The notes under the pieces: model-generated
Told to the model about the DNA's origin: nothing
What the model saw: only the letters and a program-made list of their open reading frames with translations
The model's database searches: none
Shown: in pieces, positions 9,426 to 17,975 of the stretch
Layout of the letters: the number at the start of each line of letters is the position of its first letter
Position numbering within the stretch: position 1 is the first letter of the stretch
Made by a program: the position numbers and the translations under genes
Virus record (IMG/VR): IMGVR_UViG_3300034418_010223
Span: 1 to 28,251 of that record
Length of the DNA stretch: 28,251 bases
Direction: 5' to 3' (one strand)
DNA from: a virus
Taxonomy: Duplodnaviria > Caudoviricetes

Positions 9426-10034
9426 TCAGTAATCCCACCGCACCCTGGGTCGTCCAGCGCGCATCCCGATGTGACAAAAGCCCCGGTACGACATTCCGTA
9501 CCCCACCGAATACGGCCAGTTGTCATCGACCCACTTCTCGAAGGCCATACCATCACCCTTCAATGGGTAACAGTCCACAGCACCGCAGCCGACATTGAAC
9601 AGGTGCTCACTGTTGCTCGCCCCGCCCACCGCCGCATTGACCCCGCTGGGGCGGTGCCCACTGGTGATCTTGATCGGCCCAAACTTCGCCCTGGCTTTTT
9701 CCAGGAACTGACACAGCTCAATCGCAATGTCGCACTGCCCCTGGTTCAAGAACCTCCGGGCTGGATCGTTAAGAGTCAGCTCGCCGTAAGTGAAATTCGG
9801 CGTAACCTCCTGGCTGTACGGCGCACCAGGCGTAAGTTTTCTTACATCCGGCTCTTTGGGCGACTCGCGGAACTTGAGCACCCAGCTGGCGCTTTGCGTC
9901 AGGAGGGTGGGGTCAGCCTCATTGACGAACTGCCGCAGCATTTCGATTGCTTCGACCTGCTGAGGCTCTTCCTTGAAGTAAACCCAAAAGTTCTTCCACT
10001 CCTGGGGCGTCAGCTGGATGTCTGTGATGGCCAT
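9426..10034 (-). CDS. endolysin, peptidase M15 family (Zn D-Ala-D-Ala/L-Ala-D-Glu peptidase fold)
   Basis: ITSGHR...VNAAVGGASNSEH......D....H.G motif in C-terminal half; helical N-terminal extension. Confidence 0.85.
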   Translation of the reverse strand: MAITDIQLTPQEWKNFWVYFKEEPQQVEAIEMLRQFVNEADPTLLTQSASWVLKFRESPKEPDVRKLTPGAPYSQEVTPNFTYGELTLNDPARRFLNQGQCDIAIELCQFLEKARAKFGPIKITSGHRPSGVNAAVGGASNSEHLFNVGCGAVDCYPLKGDGMAFEKWVDDNWPYSVGYGMSYRGFCHIGMRAGRPRVRWDY

Positions 10035-10654
10035 GCAGCCTCCGCAATAACAGGGAATTGCTCTGCGAATATCAACTTAGCCGCCTGGGCGATCTCACGA
10101 TGCTCCAGTTGAGTCTCATTACTGCACCGCAAATCGAGGTAATGGATCCACGATCTCAATGTCCCGCTCATGAACAGGGTGGTCGGCGTGCAGAGGGGCA
10201 GGATCCGCCGCGCACACTCCTTAGCAATCCCAGTGTTCAACATGTCCTGGTACGTCAGGTAGATGTTGCGCATCAGTATTGAGGTCTGCCAGTCGAACTG
10301 CTCAGCGATTTTGGGGTCTAGGTCATCGTGACTGGCCTGCCGATTCTTCAAATCCTGTGTCCGCCACTTGGGAACTTCAGCCGGCCCCGTCCTGGCATAA
10401 CGTGTCGAGAACTCTTGGAACGAAAAGCTCCGGTGCCGCAAGATCTGAGCGGCAATGTCCCGCTCCGTCTTGATCTCTAGGCAGAGCGAGGCCATCTCGT
10501 ACGGACTCCAGTGACGGTGCTCGATGAGGTATCGAAGCAAGCGAGGAGCCGTCTCGTGGTTTTCTTGATTGTCTGGATTCGAAACGCGCGCCATCTTTGC
10601 GATGAGCTTCTCTGCGTCCGGCGTAGCCCAGACAAGTGATACAGGATTAAGCAT
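10010..10654 (-). CDS. thyX: flavin-dependent thymidylate synthase
   Basis: ThyX signature RHRSFSFQEFSTRY, plus H.SPYE and KECAR..LP. Confidence 0.97.
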   Translation of the reverse strand: MLNPVSLVWATPDAEKLIAKMARVSNPDNQENHETAPRLLRYLIEHRHWSPYEMASLCLEIKTERDIAAQILRHRSFSFQEFSTRYARTGPAEVPKWRTQDLKNRQASHDDLDPKIAEQFDWQTSILMRNIYLTYQDMLNTGIAKECARRILPLCTPTTLFMSGTLRSWIHYLDLRCSNETQLEHREIAQAAKLIFAEQFPVIAEAAWPSQTSS

Positions 10655-10883
10655 TGATGACCTGCGGGTGTAAGAAAATTTGCTGTTTGGAGCCTTTACC
10701 AGTGAAAGTCACAGCCCACGGCGGCAGCGACTTTTCCTGTGGCTGGACCGTATACCACTTGTGCTCGCAATGGGCGCAGTGGCGGCGGCGTAGCCGCTGA
10801 CCGTCTTCCGTGTCTTTCGTGAAGACGACAGAACTCCTGGAGCTGCCGCACTCGGGGCAGCCGGCGGTTGAACGCTGTTTCAT
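10647..10883 (-). CDS. NrdR-like zinc-ribbon protein without ATP cone
   Basis: CPECGS..S.V..T......RRRRHCAHC..KWYT matches the NrdR N-terminal Zn ribbon; only 78 aa. Confidence 0.75.
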   Translation of the reverse strand: MKQRSTAGCPECGSSRSSVVFTKDTEDGQRLRRRHCAHCEHKWYTVQPQEKSLPPWAVTFTGKGSKQQIFLHPQVINA

Positions 10884-11749
10884 TTGCAGACTTCTCCGAC
10901 CGACGCACCAGTCGAAAGGATCCTCAGCTTCAGCACAGCCTTGCTGTGCCGCTGCCGAATCCTTTCTCTGGACACGCCAAATGTTCTACCGATTTCCGCG
11001 AGCGTGTGCGTGCGATGCCCGCCTATCCCGTAGTACATCTTTAGGATCTCGCGATCATCCTCTGGCAGACGATCCAGCAGCAGATCCAAAGCGCCGACAC
11101 CGATCGCCCATTCGAGCGACTGCATCGGGTGTTCACGCTCGTCTGGGATCATCTCGACCAGCGCAGAGCCATCATCCGAGAGGCTCCTGGCCCTCTGATC
11201 GAGACTGGTGCAGTCGTGGACATGCCGCAGATAGTCATTGACCCGATCCTTTGACACCTCCAAATACTCGGCGTACTCCTCCTGGGTCGGCATCCGCCCA
11301 TGTTCTTGCTGGAACTGCGGCAGCCAGTAACGCAGCTTGTTCAGCAGATCCACCCCATTACAAGGCAGCCGAATCATCCGATCGTGATAATTGAGGTGGC
11401 GCGTAATCCCCTGCCGAATCCACCAATAGATGTATGTCGATAGTGCATAGCCCCGCTCAGGATCGAACTTCTTGATCCCATGCGCCAGGCCTATGTTCCC
11501 CTCCTGTATTACATCCAACATTTCCGTGCGCCTGGCACGTGGCATGTACTTCTTGGCGATCGACACTACGATCCGCAGGTTGCAGTTAATCAGCTTTTCG
11601 TAAGCCCGTTTACCGATCCTGGCCTGCTGGGGCGTCGGCTCCTCTGCGTCGAGCCACTCCCGAACCTGACGACTCAGCATGATCTCCTGGGTTTTGGTCA
11701 GCAGCGGGTAGCGGGCAATGGAGTTGATGTACTGACTGAGGTTGTCCAT
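10880..11749 (-). CDS. phage-encoded RpoD/sigma-70 family sigma factor (group 2-like)
   Basis: region 1.2 YINSIARYPLLT, region 2 NLRIVVSIAKKY..DVIQEGNIGL..KFDPERGY..STY.YWWIRQGI, region 4 TLAEIG..FGVSRERIRQ. Confidence 0.95.
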   Translation of the reverse strand: MDNLSQYINSIARYPLLTKTQEIMLSRQVREWLDAEEPTPQQARIGKRAYEKLINCNLRIVVSIAKKYMPRARRTEMLDVIQEGNIGLAHGIKKFDPERGYALSTYIYWWIRQGITRHLNYHDRMIRLPCNGVDLLNKLRYWLPQFQQEHGRMPTQEEYAEYLEVSKDRVNDYLRHVHDCTSLDQRARSLSDDGSALVEMIPDEREHPMQSLEWAIGVGALDLLLDRLPEDDREILKMYYGIGGHRTHTLAEIGRTFGVSRERIRQRHSKAVLKLRILSTGASVGEVCK

Positions 11750-11952
11750 TACTTCTCGTCAGTGACGTAGACATGCGTGCCAAAGCCGTGGTCTTTTTTG
11801 ACCACGGCCGCGAACATGATCGCAGACATCAAGCTGGAAAACGAGCAGGCGTCTTCTTCGATGGAGGTCAGCTGCAGCCGGGCTTCACCGTCACTGACTG
11901 GAGCGAGAACGTAGAAGCCAGGCGGGTTGTGAACACCGACACCAAAGCGCAC
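11749..11952 (-). CDS. hypothetical protein
   Basis: 67 aa; stop overlaps sigma ATG; extended -10 TG-c-TACATT upstream at 11975-11983. Confidence 0.6.
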   Translation of the reverse strand: MRFGVGVHNPPGFYVLAPVSDGEARLQLTSIEEDACSFSSLMSAIMFAAVVKKDHGFGTHVYVTDEK

Positions 11953-11989
11953 GGATTGAAAAAATGCAGCCCGTAATGTAGCAATGTAG

Positions 11990-12262
11990 TCAGGCTTCCG
12001 TGGATTCTTTCGAGTCTTTTCGGTTTTTCAGTCGCCCTTCTACACGTTTGCGCACGGTTTCGCGCCAGGTCACCTCGTCCTTGGCCAAGGCCTCGTCGTA
12101 AACAGACGACGGCAGCTTGCGCTTCAGCACCTCATAAAGAGCATCACGGATCCAGGCGGTGGGCTTAACCCCTGCCTGGTCCGACAGCTGCATGACCAGG
12201 TCGGCCCGGTTGGGATCCAGCAGGATCTGGAAGTAGCTCTTATTCCCGTGCCGGGTAGCCAT
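11990..12262 (-). CDS. putative ribbon-helix-helix DNA-binding protein
   Basis: 90 aa; YFQILLD beta-strand followed by two helices (..KPTAWIRDALYE..); own promoter with direct repeats. Confidence 0.55.
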   Translation of the reverse strand: MATRHGNKSYFQILLDPNRADLVMQLSDQAGVKPTAWIRDALYEVLKRKLPSSVYDEALAKDEVTWRETVRKRVEGRLKNRKDSKESTEA

Positions 12263-12274
12263 GCGTTGCGCTCG

Positions 12275-12305
12275 TGTGCTACCAATCTTAGCACTGTGCT
12301 ACCAA
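12275..12305. promoter_or_regulatory. operator-like direct repeat TGTGCTACCAA x2 overlapping a - strand extended -10
   Basis: copies at 12275-12285 and 12295-12305; AGTGC-TAAGAT on - strand at 12285-12295. Confidence 0.55.
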
Positions 12306-12580
12306 GCGGCTGGAGCGTCAAAATCCTTACGCCACGCATTGAGCTGCGCCCGGCGCGAAGCGCCGCGTTGCTTGGCACAGCCCTTTCTGACGTAGCGGCT
12401 CCACTCCAAGAACTCAGCAGCGCGCTGAAGGTCAGCCGTGGATGCCAACCGCGTCTCCCGGCTCAAGTATTCCAGGACCAGCTGCCGCCCAGTCTTCGCC
12501 AAGAGAGTAAGCAAGGTCCATTGCTTCCCACAGGCTAGTGCAGTACACCGAGCCAGCTTGGGTTTGAAGCTTGTAGCCAC
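12299..12580 (-). CDS. hypothetical protein (start uncertain)
   Basis: ORF fills the gap between polA and 12262; basic C-terminus. Confidence 0.55.
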   Translation of the reverse strand: MATSFKPKLARCTALACGKQWTLLTLLAKTGRQLVLEYLSRETRLASTADLQRAAEFLEWSRYVRKGCAKQRGASRRAQLNAWRKDFDAPAAW

Positions 12581-12607
12581 CCTCGACGGTGTAGACGGCG
12601 CAATTCA

Positions 12608-14434
12608 TCAGTGAGCCTCGGACCAGCGTTTACCGATTTGGGGCTCAGCCAGTGCCGGGATGTCACCCAACCACTTGGCTTCAGCCGCCTCCATCACTCG
12701 TTTTAGGTGCTCGGCCCACCACTGCGCATGATCCTCACGAACCAGCAACAACAGCTCGTCGTGTACTGCAGCAGCGATCTTCACCACATCCTCACCCTGG
12801 CTCTTGACCTCACCCCAGAGGTTGGCCAGCGCCACCTTGAGGATGGCCGCACCAGCCCCCTGGATCGGTGTGTTGCAACGGACGGTCAGCCGGTTCATGT
12901 CACCGGGCAGGAAGCGCCGGAAGCCGGAGATGGGAATCCGAGTTTCGGCCCACTGGTTGCCCTCGGACTTCTCAGCGTCGCGGGCATTGGCCTGTTGCCA
13001 CATGCGGATTCCGGGGTACGCCGTTAGCCAATCCTCCCGGATTTTCTTGGCCTCCTCCATGGTCATGGTGATGCCAGTCGCGCCGGCGTAGTCACGAAGC
13101 CCCTTGGCACCCGAGCCGTACAGCAGGCCGAAGTTGGCGGACTTAGCCACCTGCCTCTCACACCCCAGCAGATCCGCTGTGAGTTGGTGCAGGTCCTGCC
13201 CAGCCTGGAACGCTTCGGTCATCACCGGATCTTCGGCAACAGCTGCCGCTAGGCGCAATTCCATGCCGGAGAAATCAGCATCAACTAGGAGCCAACCATC
13301 GGGAGCTTCCACACAAGAACGGAAAGCTTCATCACGTGGAATCTGCTGATTATTCGGCTTAATACAGGACATCCGCCCCGTATCTGCGCCCAACTGAAGG
13401 TAACTGGCACGAACAAAGCCATCAGCACCGAGCTTGTCTTGGATGGATTCAACCATCTGGCGGCGCTTCTCAGCCTTCTTCCAGGCCAAGTAGATTTGCA
13501 CCACCTCATGGTCGGCAGCGTAGTTACGCAGCGCTGCCCTAGAGGCGCTGGGTCGTTCTGTCTTCGGATCGACCGGAGGCCGGCCCAGCAGCACCGTGAA
13601 CTTATCGACTAACTGCCGCGGGCTGTTGAGATTGAAGCCAGCCAGTTGCTTGGTGCCCAGCCGCACGGAGCCAGTGGTCTTAGCCCGCAAGTTGAAGGAG
13701 CCGTCTGGATCGCGAGGCAGCTTGTGCTCTTCGGGCAGCGCCTGATCAAGCTGCCGCACGAAGTCTTTGCCCAGCTGCTCGATGTCGTACTCGTAGTCCT
13801 CCCTGACCTTCTGAAGCTTCTCGGCGTTCCAGGGCAGGCCAGTGCGCCACATCTGCGCCATGGCGGGCAACGCCTTGCACTCAATGGCAAACGCTCTGGC
13901 CAGGGCAGCCTTCGCCAACCGCTGATCCAGGACTGGATCGAGCTGGAGCAGCGTGATCACATCCTCGGCCGCATATTTCAGCTGACTGATGGACAGCTCA
14001 CCGCTCCAGTCCGAGCGCTGCTCTTCTTTGTCCAGCTCCTTTTTGAGGTAGCGCTTGGCGACGGCATCGAGGCCGTGCTTCATGTTGGGCACGCCATTGT
14101 TGAGCAGGCGGCTGGCGATCATCGAGCACCGCACACGCCCCTCGACGTAAATGTCGTGCTCTTGCAGCCAGCCCAGATCAAACACAGCGTTATGCGCCAA
14201 CCAAAAGCGTTGGCCATTGCTGAAGAACAAGCGGAGCTTCTTCCAACCCTCGGCATCGAGCTTGAAGCAGTCGATGATCACGATGGTCTTACGCGCCTCA
14301 CAGCCAAGCTGAATGAGGCGCAGCTTCCCCTTCTCAGGTTGGAGCTGGAGCGTTTCTGTGTCGAACGCCAGAGAGACGCAAGTGTTCACAGCGTCGAGAT
14401 GCTCGACGCCGAACAGAACTTTGTAGTCGGCCAT
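12608..14434 (-). CDS. polA: family A DNA polymerase (3'-5' exonuclease + polymerase, no 5'-3' exonuclease)
   Basis: ExoI FDTET, ExoII HNAVFD, ExoIII YAAED; motif A DADFSGMELR; motif B RQVAKSANFGLLYG; motif C VHDEL. Confidence 0.97.
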   Translation of the reverse strand: MADYKVLFGVEHLDAVNTCVSLAFDTETLQLQPEKGKLRLIQLGCEARKTIVIIDCFKLDAEGWKKLRLFFSNGQRFWLAHNAVFDLGWLQEHDIYVEGRVRCSMIASRLLNNGVPNMKHGLDAVAKRYLKKELDKEEQRSDWSGELSISQLKYAAEDVITLLQLDPVLDQRLAKAALARAFAIECKALPAMAQMWRTGLPWNAEKLQKVREDYEYDIEQLGKDFVRQLDQALPEEHKLPRDPDGSFNLRAKTTGSVRLGTKQLAGFNLNSPRQLVDKFTVLLGRPPVDPKTERPSASRAALRNYAADHEVVQIYLAWKKAEKRRQMVESIQDKLGADGFVRASYLQLGADTGRMSCIKPNNQQIPRDEAFRSCVEAPDGWLLVDADFSGMELRLAAAVAEDPVMTEAFQAGQDLHQLTADLLGCERQVAKSANFGLLYGSGAKGLRDYAGATGITMTMEEAKKIREDWLTAYPGIRMWQQANARDAEKSEGNQWAETRIPISGFRRFLPGDMNRLTVRCNTPIQGAGAAILKVALANLWGEVKSQGEDVVKIAAAVHDELLLLVREDHAQWWAEHLKRVMEAAEAKWLGDIPALAEPQIGKRWSEAH

Positions 14435-14485
14435 GGGTGGACTCGGAATGTAGAAAGTTAAACCTGAATTACCGATCTATCGGGA

Positions 14486-14740
14486 TCAGTTGATCTGTGC
14501 GTAGGTCTTCATGAACTCGGCAAAGCCAGGCTCCTCAGGCAGGGGGTAGCCCTCGGTCTCCCAGTCGGACTCGGAGATGCCATCGGGCGACGCCCAGCCG
14601 TACTCAGGATCAGCGTCCCAGCCAGCATCAAGCCGTGCCTGGATCGTGCGATCCTCATCGGCCATCGCGGCCTCGATCTGCGGCAGCAACTCGTAGTAGT
14701 TGGGACGTGTGGTGGACAGGAACAGGTCGTTGTGGGCCAT
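14486..14740 (-). CDS. acidic hypothetical protein
   Basis: likely start MAHNDL at 14740, preceded by GAGG and TGTGC-TACAAT (14764-14774). Confidence 0.7.
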   Translation of the reverse strand: MAHNDLFLSTTRPNYYELLPQIEAAMADEDRTIQARLDAGWDADPEYGWASPDGISESDWETEGYPLPEEPGFAEFMKTYAQIN

Positions 14741-14777
14741 GGATGAACCTCGTTGACGTTGGAATTGTAGCACAGGA

Positions 14778-14942
14778 TCAGACAGTGGTGTGCCTTTTCA
14801 GGAACGCAACCAACAGGCGATGCGCTTCGCCTGCATCAGCGATGAACTGACCTTTGTAATGAAAGCCTTCCCTGTCAACACAAATGACTTCTTCTCCACG
14901 CTCGCTCAGAGTGATCTTGGAGTCAGATTTCTCGTGAGTCAT
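14778..14942 (-). CDS. small hypothetical protein (54 aa, below ORF-track cutoff)
   Basis: MTHEKSD..EEVICVDREGFHYKGQFIADAGEAHRLLVAFLKRHTTV; ATGA overlap with upstream stop. Confidence 0.7.
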   Translation of the reverse strand: MTHEKSDSKITLSERGEEVICVDREGFHYKGQFIADAGEAHRLLVAFLKRHTTV

Positions 14943-15301
14943 ACCGACACCTCAGAGATCAGACGCGCCAGGTAGAAGGTGGCCTTCCTCAGGTCTTCGA
15001 GGCCGCCCTTGTGCTGGTAGCGCCAGACGTACTTCATCTCGCTCCCCTTGAGGAAGCCGAGGAACTGCTCGTGCGGCATGGACGCCTTGATTGCGTCCAG
15101 ACATTCGATGTCGCCCTGCGTGTAGTGACTGGGACGATCCACCGGATCATGGTCCGGGGTATTCGGTGAGGCTGGAACGGTCTGGGCAGGTTGGGTTTGC
15201 TGGAGAGGTATGGCACCAGTCTTCTCCCGGATAGTTGGCGGGTTCCCGATGCTCTTCTGCTGTTGCGCAGCCGACTTGCTGATGCGTTTGATAGCGGCCA
15301 T
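14939..15301 (-). CDS. DUF3310 (SaV-like, T7 gp1.7-related) protein
   Basis: DPVDRPSHYTQGDIECLDAI..GFLKG...KYVWRY..KGG.EDLRKA.FYL; probable start MAAIKR. Confidence 0.9.
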   Translation of the reverse strand: MAAIKRISKSAAQQQKSIGNPPTIREKTGAIPLQQTQPAQTVPASPNTPDHDPVDRPSHYTQGDIECLDAIKASMPHEQFLGFLKGSEMKYVWRYQHKGGLEDLRKATFYLARLISEVSV

Positions 15302-15372
15302 GGTTTTGGGTCCAGTCGTAGAGGTTGTAGGAGAGAAGCAGCCCAAACCAGAAGTAAGGGCTGCGCAGGCTA

Positions 15373-15630
15373 TTAAAAATCGTTCGGGTCCAGCTCCCAC
15401 TCGATCGACGGGTCCTGGCAAAGGCTTTCGAGTTGTTCATCGGTCAGATCAAGAGAGTCGCCATCGACGTAAGGATCCCAGGAGAGCAGGCCGCGGCACT
15501 GCGCGGAGCCGAACTCAGGGGGATCCCAGCGAGTGGCTGGTGCGACTTGCACCATGTCAGGCACGACCGCAACGAACTCGATCCAGTCGGGGAACTTGCG
15601 GATAGCGCTGAGGAATTGAACTTGGGGCAT
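15373..15630 (-). CDS. hypothetical protein
   Basis: 85 aa; V.DMVQV.PAT..DPPEFG.A.C motif; TGTGC-TACGGT promoter at 15656-15666. Confidence 0.75.
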   Translation of the reverse strand: MPQVQFLSAIRKFPDWIEFVAVVPDMVQVAPATRWDPPEFGSAQCRGLLSWDPYVDGDSLDLTDEQLESLCQDPSIEWELDPNDF

Positions 15631-15685
15631 GGGTGGCTCCGGTTGGAACTCCCATACCGTAGCACACGATCAAGGGGGATGGGGG

Positions 15686-15940
15686 TCAGTCCTCCAGGAT
15701 TCCTTGAATCACGGGGAAGTAGTCGGGCGAGTAGCAGCTCAAGATCGTCATGTCCAGCTCGTTGGCGACTCCGACCTGAACAGCCTGTTCAAAGTCCTGC
15801 ACACCCGCCGGCGAATCGTCATAGGCGAACTGCCTGACGGTCTCGGCTTTTCCATCTCTTGCGTAGGCCGTGAACCGCACGACCGCAGCGGTGTTCTCCG
15901 CGTATTCCAACTCCATGTATGTCAGCTGGACGGTTCGCAT
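15686..15940 (-). CDS. hypothetical protein
   Basis: 84 aa from MRTVQL; the longer ORF-track version overlaps neighbouring genes. Confidence 0.65.
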   Translation of the reverse strand: MRTVQLTYMELEYAENTAAVVRFTAYARDGKAETVRQFAYDDSPAGVQDFEQAVQVGVANELDMTILSCYSPDYFPVIQGILED

Positions 15941-15953
15941 CGGCCTGGAGCGC

Positions 15954-16148
15954 TTAGGTGCAGTCTGCTGCTTCTGCGTCTGCTTCGCGGACAGAAGCAA
16001 CAGAGACAAGCGCAGTTTCGCGGTCAGCAACCCCCAGGCAATTAACCACAGCAGCCCAACTGCTACTGCAGCGCACAAGGCAAAGATGCTCGTCGCCAGT
16101 TTCCCGATCCCGGACCACAACCCTGTAAAGATTCTGTTGATGCTCCAT
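15954..16148 (-). CDS. hypothetical protein
   Basis: 64 aa from MEHQQN; tiles the operon without overlap. Confidence 0.55.
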   Translation of the reverse strand: MEHQQNLYRVVVRDRETGDEHLCLVRCSSSWAAVVNCLGVADRETALVSVASVREADAEAADCT

Positions 16149-16173
16149 CTCTTGAAACCAACTGACACAATGG

Positions 16174-16356
16174 GTGAACGGCATTGGACCAATGCGTCCC
16201 AGCTCAGCATTTGCCCTGGAACGGATGCGTAGAGAGCTTGATGGCTGCCGGGACGTAGAGCAACTGCGTTGTATCGCATTGCAGGCCATCCAGCTGTATC
16301 AGCACCAGCAGGAGGTTGTTGCCGAGATGGCCAAGCAAGGCTGGCTCAAACCTTGA
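16174..16356 (+). CDS. NblA-like small helical protein (putative)
   Basis: 54-60 aa; F.L.R......EQ.......L......EM.K..W spacing resembles the phycobilisome degradation adaptor NblA. Confidence 0.45.
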   Translation: MNGIGPMRPSSAFALERMRRELDGCRDVEQLRCIALQAIQLYQHQQEVVAEMAKQGWLKP

Positions 16357-16603
16357 CGGTTGCGAGTTTGTTGAAGAGAAAGGCGACAAGTCCCTCGAAT
16401 TGCCGCCGATCCATTCCACCGCCCACAAAAGAATAGGCGTCCCTCACGAGTTGGTTGTAGCCCTGGGCATCGAGCTTGGTAGCTGGTGCGGCCTCACTGA
16501 TGCACTTGCGGATCACTTCAGAGCGGCTGACGTTATGAACGGCAGCTTGAGCATCGAGCGCGGCGATGGTCGGTTCTTCGAGACGGAGCTTGATCTCGCG
16601 CAC
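16346..16603 (-). CDS. CopG/ribbon-helix-helix DNA-binding protein
   Basis: GTG start; REIKLRL....AALDAQA....SRSEVIR is an RHH signature; TGTGC-TAGTAT at 16630-16640. Confidence 0.8.
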   Translation of the reverse strand: MREIKLRLEEPTIAALDAQAAVHNVSRSEVIRKCISEAAPATKLDAQGYNQLVRDAYSFVGGGMDRRQFEGLVAFLFNKLATVKV

Positions 16604-16645
16604 TACATAAAATGTTTTAGGTACACACCATACTAGCACACTATT

Positions 16646-16801
16646 GTGGCTTACGAACCAGCCTGGCGCGTCGAGGATGAGCGTCGTATCGAGTGGATTG
16701 AAAAGCTGTACCGGCTGGATGGCCGCCACCACGACAGCCACCCAAAGCACGCCATCTACACCGGGCTAGTGGAGAAGTACGGGCCTATCCCTTGGAAGTA
16801 G
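16646..16801 (+). CDS. small hypothetical protein (51 aa, not in ORF track)
   Basis: MAYEPAWRVEDERRIEWIEKLYRLDGRHHDSHPKHAIYTGLVEKYGPIPWK; His-rich motif, phage-like codon usage. Confidence 0.7.
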   Translation: MAYEPAWRVEDERRIEWIEKLYRLDGRHHDSHPKHAIYTGLVEKYGPIPWK

Positions 16802-16829
16802 GCCGCTGAGTGTCCCAAGTGCGGGACAC

Positions 16830-17783
16830 TCAACCACGGCTAGAGACTGGCTGCAAGTTGCTGTTTATCCAGCTAATCAGAAAAGCCAACGTCTCTTGAA
16901 AATTCCACAAAAGTTGCGGAACCCAGGCCCCGTCGTCTTGATACATGGCTGGGCGCGTCTCCTCCCTTGCATACCGTGCGCCTTGTTTGGTAAGTGCGTA
17001 AGGGGCCTGTCCCCGCCTTTTGTCTGAGGTACGAAACTGTAAACCTGCCTGGCACAATAGTGCGTTTACAAGTTGTCTTTTGTCTTTCTTAGTTATAAAA
17101 CCTGCTTCTTTGGCTAAAGCCGTAAGGTGGTCAACAATGGGCTCAGTTATCTCACTCTCCAGTCCCTCCAGAATTTTAGTTTGGTTTACAAACTCTTCAG
17201 CTGAAGGGCACAGTAAACGCTGGTTTTCTAAAAACAGCTGTCTGTAGTCGGGGTGCTTGTTGGCGAGCGCCGTAAAACTTATGGCAAGTGAATTTTTGGC
17301 GCTTCCTCCCACTTTCTCCACCATGGTTGCGACCAAGCCCGCAAACGCCAGGTCTTCATTAGGGGCAGGGGCTAACGCAAGCGGCTGAGTGTCCCGCACC
17401 TGGGACACTCGCGTTTCCGCGTACCACTGATAGATTTCGTGCTCAAGCTCGGTGCAAAGGCGGCCAGCGAGTTTGAGGGAGACCACCTCGTCGCCCCAAG
17501 CGTCACCTCGCTCTGACTCGCGGACGATTAGTGCCGAATTTTCGGCGTTGTCAATAGCCGAGCTTATTGCGAAAACCTCTCGGCCAGTAACGGCGGAGCG
17601 GTGCTGGAGAAATCGCTGAGTGGCGTCGCTCTCAAACCAGTGAGCAAACCTGATTGGGTTGCCGCTGCCGGTTTCGCCGGCCTTGCAGAGGTCAGTGAGG
17701 CAAACACGGCCTGCTCGCATACGGATCGTCTGTCCGTTCCACGAGCGCACGACGAAACTGTCGGCGGGCTTCAGTTGTGTCAT
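16830..17783 (-). CDS. KilA-N domain protein with antirepressor (KilAC/ANT-like) C-terminus
   Basis: WNGQTIR....VCLTDLCKA.....HWF....TQRFL...W....SLKLA N-terminus; VNALL.QAGLQ....LTKQG..Y...QLLW C-terminus. Confidence 0.75.
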   Translation of the reverse strand: MTQLKPADSFVVRSWNGQTIRMRAGRVCLTDLCKAGETGSGNPIRFAHWFESDATQRFLQHRSAVTGREVFAISSAIDNAENSALIVRESERGDAWGDEVVSLKLAGRLCTELEHEIYQWYAETRVSQVRDTQPLALAPAPNEDLAFAGLVATMVEKVGGSAKNSLAISFTALANKHPDYRQLFLENQRLLCPSAEEFVNQTKILEGLESEITEPIVDHLTALAKEAGFITKKDKRQLVNALLCQAGLQFRTSDKRRGQAPYALTKQGARYAREETRPAMYQDDGAWVPQLLWNFQETLAFLISWINSNLQPVSSRG

Positions 17784-17975
17784 TTAGTTGTTTAGCGCCT
17801 ACGCCTGCCTCGCCGCTGTCAGGCTGTCGCGGGCAGGCCCATACGCTAGCACTGGGTTCAGGCGGCAACAACCGAAACCTGTAGTGCATTTAAATCGAAC
17901 AAGCTGTAAGTAACACGTAGACATCTGTATACGTGCTCGGTTAACATTGTTAACGTCAGGCTGTTCGCAAGAACA

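Noticed and set aside
12608-14434. Unusual polymerase (DpoZ/base-modification type or altered 762 residue)
   Set aside because: Motif B has ordinary Phe (KSANFG); no purZ or modification genes in the window
9471-14461. Long + strand ORFs (9471-10112, 10810-11241, 13646-14461)
   Set aside because: Antisense to well-supported endolysin, sigma and polA genes
15941-16289. N-terminal extensions of ORFs 15686-16279 and 15954-16289
   Set aside because: They overlap each other and the NblA-like ORF; internal ATGs tile the region cleanly
17917-17933. Possible NtcA box (GTA-N8-TAC)
   Set aside because: Sequence is GTA-N8-TAT, imperfect, and not positioned convincingly relative to a -10
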